A DNA stretch of 64,000 nt, taken from assembly GCF_000281045.1 (NCBI RefSeq), contig NW_008246075.1:181476-245475 (forward strand), in the 5' to 3' direction. Each line of letters starts with the position of its first letter. Positions within the stretch are counted from its first letter, which is position 1. The notes beneath the pieces were generated by a model, which was not told the origin of the DNA, did no database searches, and saw only the letters and a program-made list of their open reading frames with translations. Position numbers and translations under genes: made by a program. Below, piece by piece: positions 62,401-64,000 of the stretch. Source of the DNA: Saprolegnia diclina VS20. Its lineage: Eukaryota.

Positions 62401-64000
62401 GCTCGTACGTCTGTCGCTCGTCGTCATGGAGATTGGGCACGTCGATCTCTCTACACTCGTGCGTGAGCTCGCAAAAGGCCGGTGAGGGCATACCCAACGA
62501 CGCCGTCGCGGCTCGTGAGCAAGATCGCTCTCGAATCCAAGCGCCAGCTGAGGTGTCGGACGCTTACGTTTGGGACAAAGCCCACGGGCTCGTACTTGTG
62601 CAAACTATTCCACGTAACGTTATCGTATGCGAGCAAAGTGCGAAGTGCAAGTACCTTGGGCAGTGAAAGATGAAGAGCGTGTTGTCGGCGCTGCCGGACG
62701 CAAAGTACTGGCCGTTGGGAGAATACGCCATGCACGAGATGGGCTGGTTGTGCGGCTTGAAGACGTATGCGCGGTGCCAACTACTCATACGTTAATGGAC
62801 GCCAGCCAAGCGATAGCGTTGACTACCTCGACGGTCCGCGCTCGAGGACGCGGATGACGCCGTCAGCGAACGCGACGGCCACTGTCTTGCCTTGGGGGTC
62901 GTGCGACGCTGGGGCGTACGTCAGACTCGTGGCGCCCATATTGAAGCGCATCGAAAAGAGCGGCGTCGCGGTCGTGTAGTCCCAGCACAGGACGTTGCCG
63001 TCGACGCCCGCGGTCGCACACGTGTGCTCGCAGGGCGACGTGCCCACGCCGGCAATCGCCCCCGCGTGGCATTCGAGCAGCGTCGTCACCTAGTGTGGCT
63101 AAGCTATCCACTTCAAGCCCGGCGAACGTACGAGTTTTGTGTCCATGTCCAAGCGGTGCACTACGCCGTGGCCGTCCTGGATGAGATAATGCGACTCGCC
63201 GCGCAAGAGACAGCGAATGTCGGCGGGCGACGCCACGTGGTGCAGCGTCTTGGTCGTGATATGGACGGCGTCGATCGGCGTCACCTCTGCGACGGTGTCG
63301 TCTTCCTGGACGTCGGCTTGGTCGATGGCGCTAAAAGGCCACCACTTGATGGCACCGTCGCTGCCTACACTCGGTCGTCAGCACAAATGCAAGCCAATCA
63401 AGCGTCCACCTGCCGTCACGATGCACTGCGTGTCAGGCTCGAACAGTACGACGTTGATGGCGCCGCGGTGCGCGCGCTCGCGGTTCGACGTGACAATCTC
63501 GCACTTGATAAAGTTGCCTACGCGTTTCTGAGTGCGCGCGCTCCCGCCGCGAAATCTGGGTACCGTCCCAAAGCAAAAGCGCGCCGCGTTCCGTGGAGCT
63601 GAGCACCTTCTTGTCCGGAAGGACGCAGAAGGCTTCAATGTCGCTGAGCTCCGACTTGCCAAACTTGCCAATGTCGCCTTGCAGCTTGAGGCCCGTGAAC
63701 GTCGACGCCATCTTCCAGAACCGGACGTGGCCCGTCCCGCTCGTCGTTAGAAACCCGTTGTCGTGGGGCGCAAACTGCACGTTGAAGACTTCTTGGCCAA
63801 ACGCCTTGCAGCGCAAGATCGTCTGCTCCAAGCGCCAGTTCCAGACGGTGAGGAGAAAGTCGGGTGCGCTGCCGACCGACGCGAGCTTGCTCCCGTCTTG
63901 GCTACCCATGCACCAGACATGCAATCGCTACCACCAAACGAGGACGACGCTACCTGAAGCGAAGGCTGCTATATGCACGCTCGGTGCCATTGCGCAAGAC
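58242..64000 (-). CDS. CFAP44: Cilia- and flagella-associated protein 44 (WDR52), multi-exon, 5' end beyond the window
   Basis: Contains [105 protein letters not shown]-like LLKFGQLID and coiled-coil C-terminus [10 protein letters not shown]. Confidence 0.92.
59349..59428 (-). repeat. Imperfect (GAC/GAT)n trinucleotide tract encoding poly-Asp within CFAP44
   Basis: Plus-strand tcg/tca repeats translate on the minus strand to [27 protein letters not shown]. Confidence 0.85.

Noticed and set aside
1..64000. Prokaryotic features (operons, CRISPR arrays, IS elements, rRNA)
   Set aside because: The sequence is eukaryotic with spliceosomal introns. No repeat-spacer arrays, transposase/RT motifs or rRNA-like segments were seen.

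Overview
This is a gene-dense eukaryotic window with short GT-AG introns, almost certainly from an oomycete of the Saprolegniales (Saprolegnia/Achlya-like). That assignment is inferred from a CBM1 plus Car-type domain protein, INR/FPR core promoters, flagellar genes and compact, tightly packed genes. About 28 protein-coding genes can be supported. They include SPAG6/PF16, a 5'-truncated CFAP44, YKT6, a PRL phosphatase, EIPR1/TSSC1, MTHFS, a TrpC-TrpF fusion, a SulP-STAS-cNMP transporter, an AFG2-type AAA ATPase, a SET protein and a Cid1-type nucleotidyltransferase. There is one 586-N assembly gap. The standout is an intronless 971-aa ORF (45456-48371) that fuses a signal peptide, a cytochrome-P450-fold domain with no heme-ligating Cys, and a complete non-heme-iron lipoxygenase catalytic domain. 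It looks like a secreted oxylipin-forming fusion enzyme. Two further apparent pseudoenzymes are present: a UBA5-like E1 with His at the catalytic Cys position, and a membrane-anchored astacin with 10 Cys-rich repeats in which HExxH has become HVxxH. Spans of multi-exon genes were assembled by eye and are approximate; no database searches were run.
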